From: Piromyces finnis finn
Taxonomy: Eukaryota > Fungi > Neocallimastigomycota
NCBI GenBank assembly: GCA_002104945.1
Contig: MCFH01000042.1
Span: 372,001-436,000, forward strand
Length of the DNA: 64,000 bases
Direction: 5' to 3'
Shown here: positions 37,039-55,598 of the stretch, in pieces
How positions within the stretch are numbered: the first letter of the stretch is position 1
Layout: each line of letters starts with the position of its first letter
Notes under the pieces: generated by a model
Told to the model about the DNA's origin: nothing
What the model saw: the letters and a program-made list of their open reading frames with translations, nothing else
Database searches by the model: none
Made by a program: the position numbers and the translations under genes

Positions 37039-38638
37039 TTAAACTAAAAGTACAGCATTGACACAACCGTCAAGTTCTGGATTGTTGGTTACTTGAGCAT
37101 ATTTACCCCATACAACCTTACCATTAGATGTAACAAGACCAAGTTCACTTACATTTACTTCTATAATAGTACCCTTGGTCATAACACCTAATTGAGTATA
37201 CATGGCACTTTGTGGGTTCTTTTTAACACCAATAATTGGAAGATAGAAAGTAGCACGAAGTTCTGGGTGAGTAACGTGAGCTTTTTTGTAACGTAAAGCC
37301 ATTGGTCTAATGAATCTTTCCATCTTTGGTGGTTTACGAGTGAATGATTCTCCAACAAATGTAGCCTTAGTAACCATACGTTTCCAGGCTTTAGACTTTG
37401 ATTTACCAGTTTTAATAACCTTGAACATTTCATCTTCTGAAATACCACGAACCTTTGGAAGTGGTACATTCCATTTACCAGCCTTTTCCTTTCTTTTTTG
37501 TTTAATCATATTACTAAGAACCTTAGCTCTAGTTTGATTTTCACGATCAAGAAGATATGTTGGAACGGCTCCTTCTTGAACATTATCATCAGTCTTGTGC
37601 TTGTTAGAACGTTCATCATGCATTTTAAGACTTTTATAATATTTAATAATAATATAGTTTTTTTAGCAAACAATAATTTTAAAAATACTTCATGTGCATT
37701 TTATAGATATATATATAATTGCTTTTAAATACATACGTCTTTTTCATTTGAATCTTTTCAGCATGACGCTTCTTGTTGTATAACTTGGCCTTGAAACCAT
37801 GGACCTTTTGAGCATAAGCTGACTTCTTGTGAGCTTCACGAGCTTCACGCTTACGCCTGAAATATTTTTATATAAATAATATTATATTTATTTTATTAAT
37901 ATACATAAAACCTTTTATTATTTTATTAAATTTTTGAAATTTATAATACTTTTATAAATCTTTAAATAAATCCTGAATTGAAACATTATATTGATATATT
38001 ATGTTTAATTTGGATTAATATATGTATTTATAATGCTTTATTCATTTTTATTAAAATATATGCCGGGATTTTCTTTAATAACTACTAAATATAAATTCTT
38101 TTATTATCATTATTTTTTATTCGGGTTTGAATAAAAAAATAGTCATTGCTTTTTTTTTATATTTATATATTTTTCTTTCTTTTCCTCCTTTTTTTTTTTT
38201 TAAAGAAAAAAAATTGGATTTAAAATTTTTGTAAAATGAAAATTCTTATTTATTTTAGCGTTTTGTTTTGAATGTTTTTATTTAATAAGATAATAAATAC
38301 TATTTATTCCTTTATTATTTGTAATATGACTCTTAATATTATTACCAAGATTTATCGATTTGTAATTTATAAAAATAAACTGAATTTTTTAATTTGTATG
38401 AATCTTTAATATACTCAAATCTTACATTCTTTCTTCATAGTTAAATTGGCGACCATGTTTCTTAATGGCTTCCTCAATATATTCGTTTTGTGGCTATTGT
38501 ATTTTCAGATGTAATATATTTGAAAAATAAAATATTTATGAATAATTATAATAATTATTTGTAGTAAAAGGGAAAAAAAAATAGTTAATAAGATAAAATT
38601 ATAAAGCTTAAATTTATATTCTTCCTTTTATTTACCAT
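37039..38638 (-). CDS. NSA2: Ribosome biogenesis protein NSA2, 4 exons (exon 1 is the ATG only)
   Basis: M|[15 protein letters not shown]..., [60 protein letters not shown]. Confidence 0.97.
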
Positions 38639-40188
38639 TCTGTTTTATTTATATTTATACTATTTTTCTTTTATAAAATATATATGTGAATAAATAAATA
38701 TATGATAAATAAATAATAAAATGTTTATTTTAATTAGAAATCAAAAAAGGATCATATAAAGGTATATTTATCCTTTCTTTTTCTTCTAATATTAATTATT
38801 TTTTTTTTAAAATTTTTATTCATTTTAAAATTTCAAAAAAAAAAAAAAGTATATTGGCTTATTATTTTCCAATCATATTTCAATATAATATATTGTAAAA
38901 TATATTATATTGTAATATAAAATATATTGTAGTATCAAATAATTTTAAAGTTATTCAATAACCTAACCATAATTAACATGAAATTTATTTAAATAATTAT
39001 TCATTCATTCATTTATATAGTTTAATTAAATACCACCTAAACCATTCATTTTTGTGGTATTCTCCAACCCATTTTTTTTAAACCTATTTAAATATTGCTA
39101 TCTTATTTTGTAACTATTTTACTAAAAAGTACATATCAATGAACATTATTAATACTAGATATATAATTGTTTATATAGATAGCTATTTATATTTCCATAT
39201 TATTATTTAAATGTTTATTTATTTACTTATATATTCATTCATTTATTTATTTAAATATTTAAATGTTTATTTATTTATATATATATTTATTTATTTATTC
39301 ATTTATATTTTTAAAATAGAAAATTATTATTTATTTAATTTTATTTATATAAAATTTATATAATTAAATTTAAAAAAAAAATTTTTTATTTATTATTTTG
39401 TTAATAAAACCATATAAAAAAAAGAATTAAATAAATTGAATTGTTTTGAAGAAAAAGGTAACAACACAATTGAAGCAAAAATTAGATAATAATACTAATA
39501 TAAAAGTGGTCATTTTGAATTTCAATAAATAATATAAATAACATTAAACAATACTATTATCAAGAAAACAGATAAAAATGTACAACTAATTTCAATATGA
39601 AAATTCAAATGAATTAAAATTTCCTATAATTTCTGAAATGATAGAATAATAATAATATTAATAATAATTCTGTGACATTCTCTATTGAAACTAATACCCT
39701 TTAATGTTTTAAAGTCAAAAAATTCAAAATAAAAATAATGATACTAAAGTATAAGTTTTTTTTTATTATTATTATTCAACTATCTTAAAACTCAATATTA
39801 TCGGATAATCAATCAATATGTTTTAAAGTACTGAAAAGAAATTAATTTCCTATATATATGATGATTTCAAATGTACTTTGGTATAAGTACATTTTTAAAT
39901 ATTCAATTTTGTTGTCTATATTTCCTTTTTTTATACAAATATTTTTATAGAGAAATAATTTAAATGAATTGTTTAATACCCTGTATTGAGGCATACTCGT
40001 AAAAGAATGGAAAAATATAATTACAATAAAAATTCTTGATTAATTTCTCTCTTTCTCTCTCTCTCTTTTTTTTTTTTTTTAATATTTATTTATTAAATAC
40101 AATAATCTGTTAATAATATTATTTTTAATATTTTTTAATATTTATAATATTATTATAATAAAATAACAAAATAAAAAAGTAATAAATA

Positions 40189-41512
40189 ATGGCTGACCAA
40201 CAACAACATATTCCACAAACTACAACTGACCATCAAAACCAATTACATGTTCAACAACAATTACAAGTACGATTAAGAAATAAAATACTAAATATTACAA
40301 TGGATATATAAATATAATTATTTTTAATAAATTCTTTATAATATTAAATTTATTTTATATATATATATATATATATAATTCTTTTTAATTAGGATGTAAG
40401 TTATTCTATTTATATAAAAATTATATTTTATATATATTTATTAAATCTTTTAAAAATATTTAAAATTTATACTATGTAAAGGCTCAACAAACACATATTA
40501 TTCAAGCATTTTGGCAAAATCAATTAATAAATATTGAACAAACCCAAACTGAATTTAAAAGTCATTCTCTTCCAATTGCTAGAATTAAGAAAGTTATGAA
40601 AAGTGATGACGATGTTAAGACTTTGGTATGAATATTTATAAAAAAAAAAAAAAAAAAAAAAAAAATAGCAACTATTCTAAATAGTATATATTAATATAAA
40701 ATATTTAATAATTTTAAAAATGAATATAGATGATTAGTGCTGAGGTAAATTTTTATTCTTTTTAGTTATTATGATATTCGCCATAAACTTTTAATAAAAT
40801 TAATAATAATAACAATAACAATAATAATAGGCCCCAATGATTTTTGCTAAAGCTTGTGAAATTTTTATTGAAGAAGTATATATCATTATATCATTATTGT
40901 ATATATTAATTAAAAAAAATGAAAAATTATTAAAATAAATATATAAAAATACATTTTATTATAGCTTACACTTAGAGCTTGGATGCATGCTGAAGAAAAT
41001 AAACGTAGAACTCTTCAAAAAAGTGATATTGCTACTGCTGTTTCTAAATCAGATATGTATGACTTTTTAATTGATATTGTTCCTCGTGATATTGATTTAA
41101 TAAAGGCTTCTTCTAAGTCAAAGGGTCCAGAGGTATAATAAATACACTATATATATATTAATATTTATAATTTCGTAGCAATTATTTGTGTACTAATTAT
41201 TTAATTTAATAAAGAATGATTTATTCGATCACTCATACGGCTATTATCCATCTCAAATACCGCAATTTGCTTCTCTTCCAACTGTAAGTATTTTATTAAT
41301 ATATATATATATTTATACATATATATTAATTTTCTAAATTAAATATAATAAAGAATATTACCGAATATGCATTCCAAGTTAATCATAATGAACAACTCCA
41401 ACAATATCATCTTCAACAACTTCAACAACAATTCCATCAACAACAACAACAAGATACTACACAGGTTCAAGGTCAACAAGTTGATCAAAGAAATGATGTT
41501 CAAAAATCATAA
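40189..41512 (+). CDS. HAP5: CCAAT-binding factor subunit C (NF-YC/Hap5), histone-fold, ~8 exons including microexons
   Basis: FWQNQL...[83 protein letters not shown]-rich termini. Confidence 0.94.
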
Positions 41513-42784
41513 ACATCTTTTACCATCTATACAAATACAAATATAAAATAATTTTTAAACGCCTTTATTAATGTTTTTTTTTTTTAAAAAAAAAAAAAGT
41601 TTTCCTTTCAATAAATACTCATATTTTTATTATTCATTAAACTAGTATAAAGAATATATTAATAAAATAAATATATTTTTTTTTTTAATTTTTATTCATT
41701 TTTATTATTATAATAATTTTTTTTATATAAAATCTCATTTTTATATTATATTAGATATAATATATAATATCTTTTGTAATTAATAAGTATCAATAAATTT
41801 ATATTATTAAAAAAAAAAAAAAAAAAAAAAAAAAGAAAAAAGAAATGCGGTTCAACAAATGTTAGCAAAATCCAATATAAATTATTCATAACTTTTTTTA
41901 GTTTTGTATGAAAGTTTTAAATTTTATTTACTATAATTTTACAAATATGACATTTTTAAAATTATATTTATGTAATAGGTAAGAATTTAAAACGTGAATA
42001 ACTCAAATAACTTTATATTTCTTTTCTCCTATATTAAGATGCCTTTTTTTTTTTAAAGAAAAGAAAAATAATGAAATATGTCAAAGTGAAATTTCATAGA
42101 ATAACCTATCTCAAATTAATAGGATTAATGTAATAATATATTTATATATCATTCTTTTGTTTTTATGTTTATAGTTTATTCGTTATAATTATTTTTACTT
42201 TCTGAAACAAGTTAATATATAGTTTTTAAATAAAACCTAGTGTTATTAATTTGTTAGCTTTAACTAATTTTTATTGGTAAAAATGAAATAAAAAAAAATA
42301 TATAAAGTAAATGATATGAATAAACTTTTAATTTGTATTTAAATTAATAAAGTATAGTCTTTAGCAGTTTTTAATCATCAAATACAAAAAAAAAAAAAAA
42401 AAAAAAAAGTAAAAATAATAATAATAAAAATATTATAATAGATATATTTTTGATATTAGTGATAATATTTAGAATTAAATATTGAAATGGAATAAAGAAA
42501 ATAAAAATTTAATACTATTTTATTTTAATTTTATAATATTTTAAATAATATAGTATTATATTCTGTATCTTGACTAAGCAGTCATTTTTAACTTTAATAC
42601 AATTAAAATATTTTATAGTAAATTCTAAAATGGTTTATAAGTATATATTTGTGGAATAAATGGTTTTTATATATATTAAAATATAAAATTATGATATACT
42701 TTGAGAGAAATAAAGTATAAATATTCTCAAAAAATAAAAAAAAATAAACATCTTTTTCTTTAATAATATCTTTATTAAAGTAAA

Positions 42785-43090
<306 letters not shown>

Positions 43091-43371
43091 TTTGAAAATA
43101 AAGAAAATATTTATTTGAATGGTGAGGGATTCAAAAATTTAAAAAAGTTTAAATTTTATGGATTAACCATACAACAACATGGTTTAAATTAATTATTAAA
43201 TTAAATTTATAATAAATTAAATTTTTAAAAATTACTGTTAATACAAACAAAATATTTTTAGTCAAACAAACAAAAAAAAAAAAGTATTAAATTTCATAAT
43301 AATAATAAAAAAATATTAAAAAAAAGTTAAAGCAATAAATAAAAACAATTACATAATATTAAAAGCATCCA

Positions 43372-45612
43372 ATGGTTACTGAAACAACTATAAAGTTTAT
43401 TGAATCTATTAGTGGTAACTTAGATACAGTTACCAACTTCCTTATTATGGGTGAAAAAAGGTTCATATCATCTGAAGTAAATCAACGTTTAAATTTAATT
43501 TTTGCAAATGAAAAAATATCTATTAATCAAGATTTATTAGAACCTTTAAATGAAGATTCTTGCAAATACATAAATCAATATATAAAAGTAAATTCAAAAT
43601 TAGTTGAAATTGCATTTGCGAAAATTGATTCTAGAAAATCTAGAAATTTAGGTGTAAGTATATTTTATAATTATTTTTTATTATTTCTTTCTTTCTTTCT
43701 TTTTTTTCTTTTTTATTAAATAAGAATATTTGTATACTTTTATAATACTTTTTCATACTTAATATTGAAACAATATAATATAATAATAAAAATAATATAA
43801 AATTATATTTAAAATATTAATAAAAATCTTTGTAGTAAATAAAATCTCAATTTAATTAATTTACTGTTAATAATTAAAAATTATTTAAATAGATTATTAG
43901 ATTTGATAGTGCTGCTGATATTGTAGCTAAACGTTTAAATAAAGAAAAGGATTGTTGTGTAATAGTATTAATTGATAATGCTGAACAAGCGAGATCAATT
44001 GGTACTGGAATTTCAAGAATTTTCCCACCTTTTACAAAAAAAACAGGAAAAGAAACTAAGAGAACAGTATTTGTTAACTTTATTGTTAATGACAATACCA
44101 AAGTTAATTATGAAGAAATACAAATTGTCTCTAATGCTATTCGATTAGCTTCAAGACTTGGTGATACTCCAGGAGAAGAAATGAATCCAACACAAGGTAT
44201 ATATCAATTTAATAAAAGAAAAATAAAAATTTCTATCATTAGTATATGATATAATATCCTTTTTTAAAAAAAAAAAATAATTGAATAATAGCATTTATTA
44301 TATATGTATTTTGTTAATAAATGAAATTATATAATAATTTAAAATCCTGTTAATTATTGAAAACTAGTTATTAGGGAAAGTGAAGAAGTTATTTCTCGTC
44401 TTAAGAAAATCAATAGAAATGTTAGTATTAATATTATTAAGGGTGAAGAATTACAAAATCTAGGTTTTGGTGGTATTTATGGTGTTGGTAAAGGATCAAA
44501 ATTCCCACCTGCTTTAATTATTTTACAATTCACAAAACCTAATAATACTAAATCCATTGCATGGGTTGGTAAAGGAATTACATTTGATACTGGTAAGTAT
44601 TTAGATAAGATTTATTATGAACAATAAATGTTGGAATAATAAACTATATATATATATATATTTTAAAAAATAAAAGGGGGTCTTTGCATTAAATCTAGAG
44701 ATGGTATGTGTGAAATGAAACAAGATATGAATGGATCTGGTAAGTTATAAAAAAAAAAAAAAGAAAAATTATAATAATATAATAATTATAATAATAAATA
44801 TGATATAGTCTTAGAATAGTAAAAAAAAAAAATATTAATATATGTATATGTTTTATTACAAAATAGGATCTGTTTTAGCAGCCTTTGAAGCCGCCGCAAC
44901 CTTAAATTTAGATATTAATGTTTATGGTATTTTATGTGTTGCAGAAAATACACCAGGTCAATTTTCATTCCGTCCAGGTAAATGTTAATATATAAAAAGA
45001 AATTGTAAATTAATTAATAATCATTGTATTTATAATTCTCTCTTTTTTTTTTTTAAAGATGATATTCTAACACTTTACAGTGGAAAAACTGTTGAAATAA
45101 ATAATACTGATGCCGAAGGTAGATTAGTATTAAGTGATGGTGTTTGTTATGCTACAAGAAATTTAAAAGCAGATTATGTTATAGATATTTCTACATTAAC
45201 TGGTGCACAAAGTTATGCTACTGGTATTTATCATTCTGGTGTTTTAACCCCATCTGAATCTTTTGAAAAGGAAATTGTAGATGCTGGTAAAGTTTGTGGT
45301 GATTTATGCTATCCATTAATTTATTGTCCAGAATACCTTGGTATTGATAAACAATATTCCAGTCCTGTTGCTGATATGAAAAATAGTGTAAAAGCTAGAA
45401 ATAATGCGGCAAGTTCATGTGCGGGTCATTTTATTGAAGAACATCTTGATAAGGATTGGAAAGAAAGTCAATTTAATAAATATGGTGAAGGTGAATTTAT
45501 GTGGGCTCATTTAGATATTGCCTATCCAGCTGTTGATCCAAATGGTAGATCTACTGGTTGTGGTGTTCCATTATTTATTGAAGTAGCTAAAAAGTTAATG
45601 AAGTCTGAATAA
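43372..45612 (+). CDS. NPEPL1: M17 leucyl aminopeptidase family, NPEPL1-like, multi-exon
   Basis: GFGGIYGVGKG, WVGKGITFDTGGLCIK, MKQDMNGSG, NTDAEGRLVLSDG, TLTGAQ, ADMKNSV..RNNAASSCAGHFI, WAHLDIAYP..RSTGCGV. Confidence 0.9.
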
Positions 45613-46022
45613 TTATTTAAAAGAAAAATTAATTTTTTCTTTATTTAATGACTTTTTTCAGTTATAATTATCAATTTCATTAATTATAATATTTAATTTA
45701 TAATATAAAAATGATAAATAATTGTAAAAACAAACAAACAATCAAATATGCAAAAAAAGTAAATATAAAAAAACATGCGTACTCTATATATAAACATTTT
45801 AATATTTTTATCTATATATTTTATATTATTTCAGTGTAATATTTTTTATTTATTATTATTATTTTATTTTATTTTTATTACATCTTAAAAAAGTTATAAA
45901 TATTTTTCATTAAATAAATATAAAAAAATGAATTTTAAAATTATTAATGATTATAAATAAATTAGGATAAAATAGTAATTTTTTTTTTTTTTTTTTAATT
46001 AAATATAATAAAATTCCTATTG

Positions 46023-50395
<4,373 letters not shown>

Positions 50396-50836
50396 TTTTA
50401 ATATGTAAAGAAAACAAATTGGTCTAGGTGATAATAAAAATTAATTGAAATTATTTTTATTTTAATAAATTCATTTAAGAAATTTCAAATGATTTTAGAT
50501 TAAAATAAAAATAAAAATGGAATAAAATTGAAATAAAATTCAATCACTTTTTTTTTATTAATGTATATTTATTCCTTTTTTTTTTATTTTTTACTTTTTT
50601 TTTTTATTATTTTTTTTTTTTTTTTTGCTTTTGTATTTGTATATTTACAATGTTAAAAGTCTTTTTCAAAAAAACAATTTTAAATGAATGAATAAAAAAA
50701 AACTTTATTATTTTTTTTTCTATAAATTTGATTTTTGTATTACATTTGAACTTTTAATTTTTAAATTTTTTTTTTTTAAATTTTTAATGAAAAAAAAAAA
50801 AAAAAAGAATTTTCATTATTGATGGTATTTCATAGA

Positions 50837-52383
50837 TTAATAGAAAATAGTATCTTTATTAATAATTCTAACTAAACCTCTGTATTTTTCTTCCTTTCCT
50901 ATACTCCATAAATAAGTATCAATATCTGTTTCTAAAATTTCATTATCCATAAATGTAATATTTTGTTCTTTTAATCTTTGAGCTATTTTTTCGCAAGCTA
51001 CAATTGATGCTGCTCTTAATTTTACATCTGTATTTGTTTTTGACATATTTTCCTTATTTTCAATAGCGGAAAGAATATCAGATGATGGAGAAAGAACACC
51101 AAGATCAATTAAAACAGTTGGAATAACATTGTCTGCAAAAATTGTTAAATTTTCAACACCTTTAATATCAAATAATGGATATTTTTTATGGAAAGCTTTG
51201 TAAAGACTATATACAAATAATTGGGCTTTCTTGAAAATGAATACCTCTATATTACGTTGAATTATTTATAATATAATTAATAACAAACATGAATATCAAA
51301 TTAAAATATACAATATGAAACCTAAAAAAAAAAAGAATTTAAAAAAATTATTAGTCATTACCTTTATTATTAACTACAGCTGAATCTTGGAAGGCAGTTA
51401 ATACATTTACTACTCCTTTTAATATTACTTCTGCTCTGTTCACTTCATTTTTTGTAGAATTGATTAAATACATTATAAATTGAGCAAGACTTCTGTAACC
51501 TCCTTTTTTTAAATCTAACGCAGTTTTTTGGAAAACATTTCTCAATTTTTCGGCAAATTCACGAAGACAATGTTGTGTACTAACGGTAACACCTGGCATG
51601 TTTTCACTTTCTTTTTCTTCACCTAATAATGGAATTTGGAAAATTGAAGATATATCTGTAATAGTAAGTCCAGCCATATGATTACATGTACCATATTGCA
51701 TTTTTGATATATGCATACTAATAATTCCGAATTTGATAGTATTAGCAGCTCCCTATATATTAAATATATATTATTGAAAATTCATTTATATATATACATA
51801 ATAATAATTAAAAAAAAATAATTAATTATTTTATTATTTTATTATTTTATTATTTTATTATTTTATTATTTTATTTTATTTTATTTTAAATAAACAACTG
51901 TTGCTTATTTAAAATAGAATATTATCATTTTATTTTTATAATTTTAAATTTAAATTTTTAATTAAATTTTATTTATTACTCTATTACAGGCTTCGTGAAG
52001 TTCATCTCTCCAACCACTACCAAATGCCAATAAAGCATTTAAACCAACAAAATTTAGTTCTTCTTCTAAAGTATCAAATTTTAATGGAACTTTTAAGGGA
52101 TTGTTTGTATCGTAATACTTTCCAAATGATTCGAAATTATTGCTTTTTATTCTTTCTATAAATTTATCAATATGTTCGTCAGAAATCTAATAGTATAGAC
52201 AAAATATGATACATATTTTTAGTAATTTATCATTGAAAAATATTAATTTTCCATTTAAAATTATATGGAAAAAAATATTACTTTAATTGAATTTTCATTT
52301 TCTTTCTGTAATTCTCTACAACTTCTTCTAACGGCTTCTATATAATCGTCTTTTGGTAATATTGGATTATCTAATGCTGACAT
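50837..52383 (-). CDS. QNG1: Queuosine salvage protein family (Q_salvage/DUF2419, QNG1-like N-glycosylase), ~5 exons
   Basis: LNALLAFGSGWRDELHEAC, LTAFQDSA, FLKKAQLF, LTIFADNVIPTVLIDLGVL, LRAASIVACE, DTYLWSIGK..R. The FQD/KKAQL/FAD/D-x-x-LW pattern matches the DUF2419 family. Confidence 0.82.
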
Positions 52384-52503
52384 GATTTATACAATTTTTT
52401 ACTTTTATTATAATTAAATAGAATAAAAAATTAAAAGATTAAAAAATCTTAATAAATAATTAAATTAATTAATGAAATTAATTATTAATTAAAAACATGA
52501 ATA

Positions 52504-52509
52504 CACGTG
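52504..52509. promoter_or_regulatory. CACGTG E-box in the 219-bp divergent QNG1/PCC1 promoter
   Basis: ATACACGTGT lies 121 bp upstream of the QNG1 ATG and 94 bp upstream of the PCC1 ATG. Function is inferred only. Confidence 0.4.
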
Positions 52510-52602
52510 TTTTTTAACATAGATTTATAATTTTTATTTTTATTTTTATTGTTATTATTATTTTTTTTTTTTAAATATATATTCTTTGTGTTAAAAGTAA
52601 AA

Positions 52603-53087
52603 ATGTTTGACCATCAATTGTAATTAATCTTTAACTTGGAAATGTTATTATAATTTAAAAGTAAATTGCTTATTAAAATAAATTTATTTATAAATATAAT
52701 TAGAACAATAAGGATTCCATATCCAGAAGAAAGATATGCTGAAATTGCTGCTAAAACTTTAAATGTAGATAAAGAATTAAAAGAAAATGTCATTCGTAGA
52801 AGTATAACTACCGAAAAGAATGTTTTGATAATGTAAGGATTTTTATAACAAATTCAAATTAGATATTAAAAGTTCAATTAAAAATTATTTAAATTATACT
52901 AATTGTAATTATAAATGACTATCATACTTTTTTTTTATTTTCAATTTTTAAATTCACAATTTAAAATTTAAATATAAAAAGAAATTTTGAATGTACAAAT
53001 GCAAAATCACTTAGAACTTCAACACAAAACATAATGGAATTATTAACTCTTATTACGAAAACTATGAATGAATTTGGAGATGCATAA
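52603..53087 (+). CDS. PCC1: KEOPS/EKC complex subunit Pcc1 (LAGE3/CTAG family), 3 exons; absent from the ORF track
   Basis: MFDHQL|TIRIPYPEERYAEIAAKTLNVDKELKENVIRRSITTEKNVLI|.NFECTNAKSLRTSTQNIMELLTLITKTMNEFGDA*. Confidence 0.88.
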
Positions 53088-53156
53088 AATTTAATATAAC
53101 ACCTGTACTGCTATTCTCTTTTCATTTACTTTATAATATCAATAATTTTATGTAAA

Positions 53157-53210
<54 letters not shown>

Positions 53211-53501
53211 TAAAAAATCTAATTTTATAATAAATTAAAAAAAATTAATGAAATTTCATTTCGAAAAAACTTTTAAAAAAAGAATATTTATTTAATAAAT
53301 AATATATTTTCTAAAAAGAGAAATATTATAAAGAGAAGTAATAATAATAATTTTTAATAGTTATGTTATAGTATCTGTACTTTATTTAAATTCTTTTATT
53401 ATTTTTTTTATTAAAATAAAAATTTTATATTTATAAAATAATTTTTTTCCTTTATTTAAATAAAAATTTTTTATATTTTAAGTAATATTATTACAAAAAA
53501 A

Positions 53502-55295
53502 ATGGAGGATTTAGATTATTATGAATTATTTGGTTTAAAAATTGAGAGTACTCAAAATGAAATTAGAAAGGCATATTAGTAAATATTATATATTCATAAT
53601 ATATTATTAATGATTTAACAAATGGTATATTATACTATTCATTCATTGAAGAAATTAATTTAATTTTTTTCTTTTTTTAATTCAATTGCAAATTTAAAAA
53701 GTAAAAAAGCTTTAAAATACCATCCTGATAAAACTAAAGATGAAGATAAAAGTAATAAATATATACTTTTTTTTTTATCTTATTTCTTTAAATTTTATTT
53801 TATTTTAAATATATGTATTAAATATTCCTTTAAATAATTATATAATTTTAGTTAAAATATTCTTGAAATTAACAAAGGCATATGAAACATTAAGTGATCC
53901 TAAAAAGAAAAGAGAATACGATGAAAAAATAAAAGCAAAATTACATCAAAAGGAAAGAATAGAAAAATTTGATTCTAAGAGAAGACAAATGAAAGAAGGT
54001 ACTTGATTTATATATTAATATTCCAAAGTCTTTCATATTGGTAATTATATAATTTATATATCTATATAATTTTTATTTTATAAAGACTTGGATTTAAAAG
54101 AAAGAGCTTATAAACGTCAAAAAACCGAAGAAGCATTATCAAAAGAACAACTAAAAAATGAAGTAAGAAAGAAGAAAGAAAAAAATATAGTAATTCAAAA
54201 ATTTATATATAAATTTCAAATTAAAAATTTTATATTAATTAATAAAAATTAAGATAAATCGATTAAGAGAAGAAGGTATTAGAATACTAAATCAAGCAAT
54301 GGAAGAAGAAAAAGCAAATGAAGAAAAGAGTCAAAATAATTTAGGTTTGCATTAACCTTATTTATTTTAAAAGTTAAAAATATATATATAAATATATAAA
54401 TTCTAAATTTTAAAATTTACAAATTTCATTAATTTTTAAATTTCATTTTTACAATAAACCTCGCAGAATCTCAAATATCGGATATTGATAAAACATTGAT
54501 ATTAAAATGGAAAATAAAATACAATTTTACTCAAGAAGATTTAGATGCAATATTTTCAAAGTATGGCGATATTGATTACTTGAAAATAAAATATTCAAAA
54601 AAAAAAGGAACAGCTGTTATTCAATTTAAATCTTTATATTCTGCTGTAAGTGCTCTTCTTAAGTATTATATTTATTTAATCTGTATAATATGGTTACATT
54701 AATTTTATTTGTAATATTACAATAAAATATAATTAAATTTATTCAAGTATTCAGTGATTCAAGATAAACAAGATAAAAGTAATAAATTGATAAATAAAAT
54801 TGATATAGAATGGGCACAGAAGGATGAACCTAAAATTATAAAACAATTTGAAAATAGTTTTAAAAATGAATATAAAAGATATAAACAAACAGTAGAAACC
54901 ACAGATAACAAATCCAACAATAGTAATAGCAACAATAATAATATGGATGATGATGGATCAACAGATACAAAGAATTCATCAAATAACAGTAGTAATAAAA
55001 TAAGTAGTAAAATAGATACATTACTCAAAGAACAAAACTCAGATATACCTTCAACATCATTTAGTTTTTCATTTAATGCCACAGAAGTATTTATAAAATT
55101 ATATAATTTAATATTTTTTAATTATTTAATTATATAATATTAATATTATTACTTTTTTATCTTTATACTTTTTTTAATATATTATAGAAAATGAATATGA
55201 GTTTGGATGATTATGAAAATTATACTTTGATGAAGATGAGAAAATTGGAAAAAGAAAAAAAGAAAGAGGATATATTGAAAGAAAATAATGAATGA
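53502..55295 (+). CDS. DNAJC17: J-domain protein with C-terminal RRM-like domain (DNAJC17/Cwf23-like), multi-exon
   Basis: DYYELFGL..STQNEIRKAY, ALKYHPDK, AYETLSDPKKKREYD, coiled coil, LKWK...LDAIFSKYGDI...KKGTAVIQF, DDYENYTLMKMRKLEK. Confidence 0.88.
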
Positions 55296-55598
55296 TACTC
55301 TACTATATATAATATAATAATATATATACCATTATGATCAATAATGTAGAAGATAATATATAAATTACAAAGTGCATAAATTAATTTTATTATCAAAATT
55401 TGAATAATACTGGAAAATAATAAATATATTTTTTATTATTTCATAATAATACATGCAAATATTATGTGTTGAGATATTATTTTAGCCATTCTTGTTTATT
55501 TTATGTTTTTAACGAATTTCATTTAAAATTAGTGAAAAAAAAAAAAAAAGTTTTCCATAAATTGAAAAAGAGCGTTATATTATTTATTTTTATTTTGC

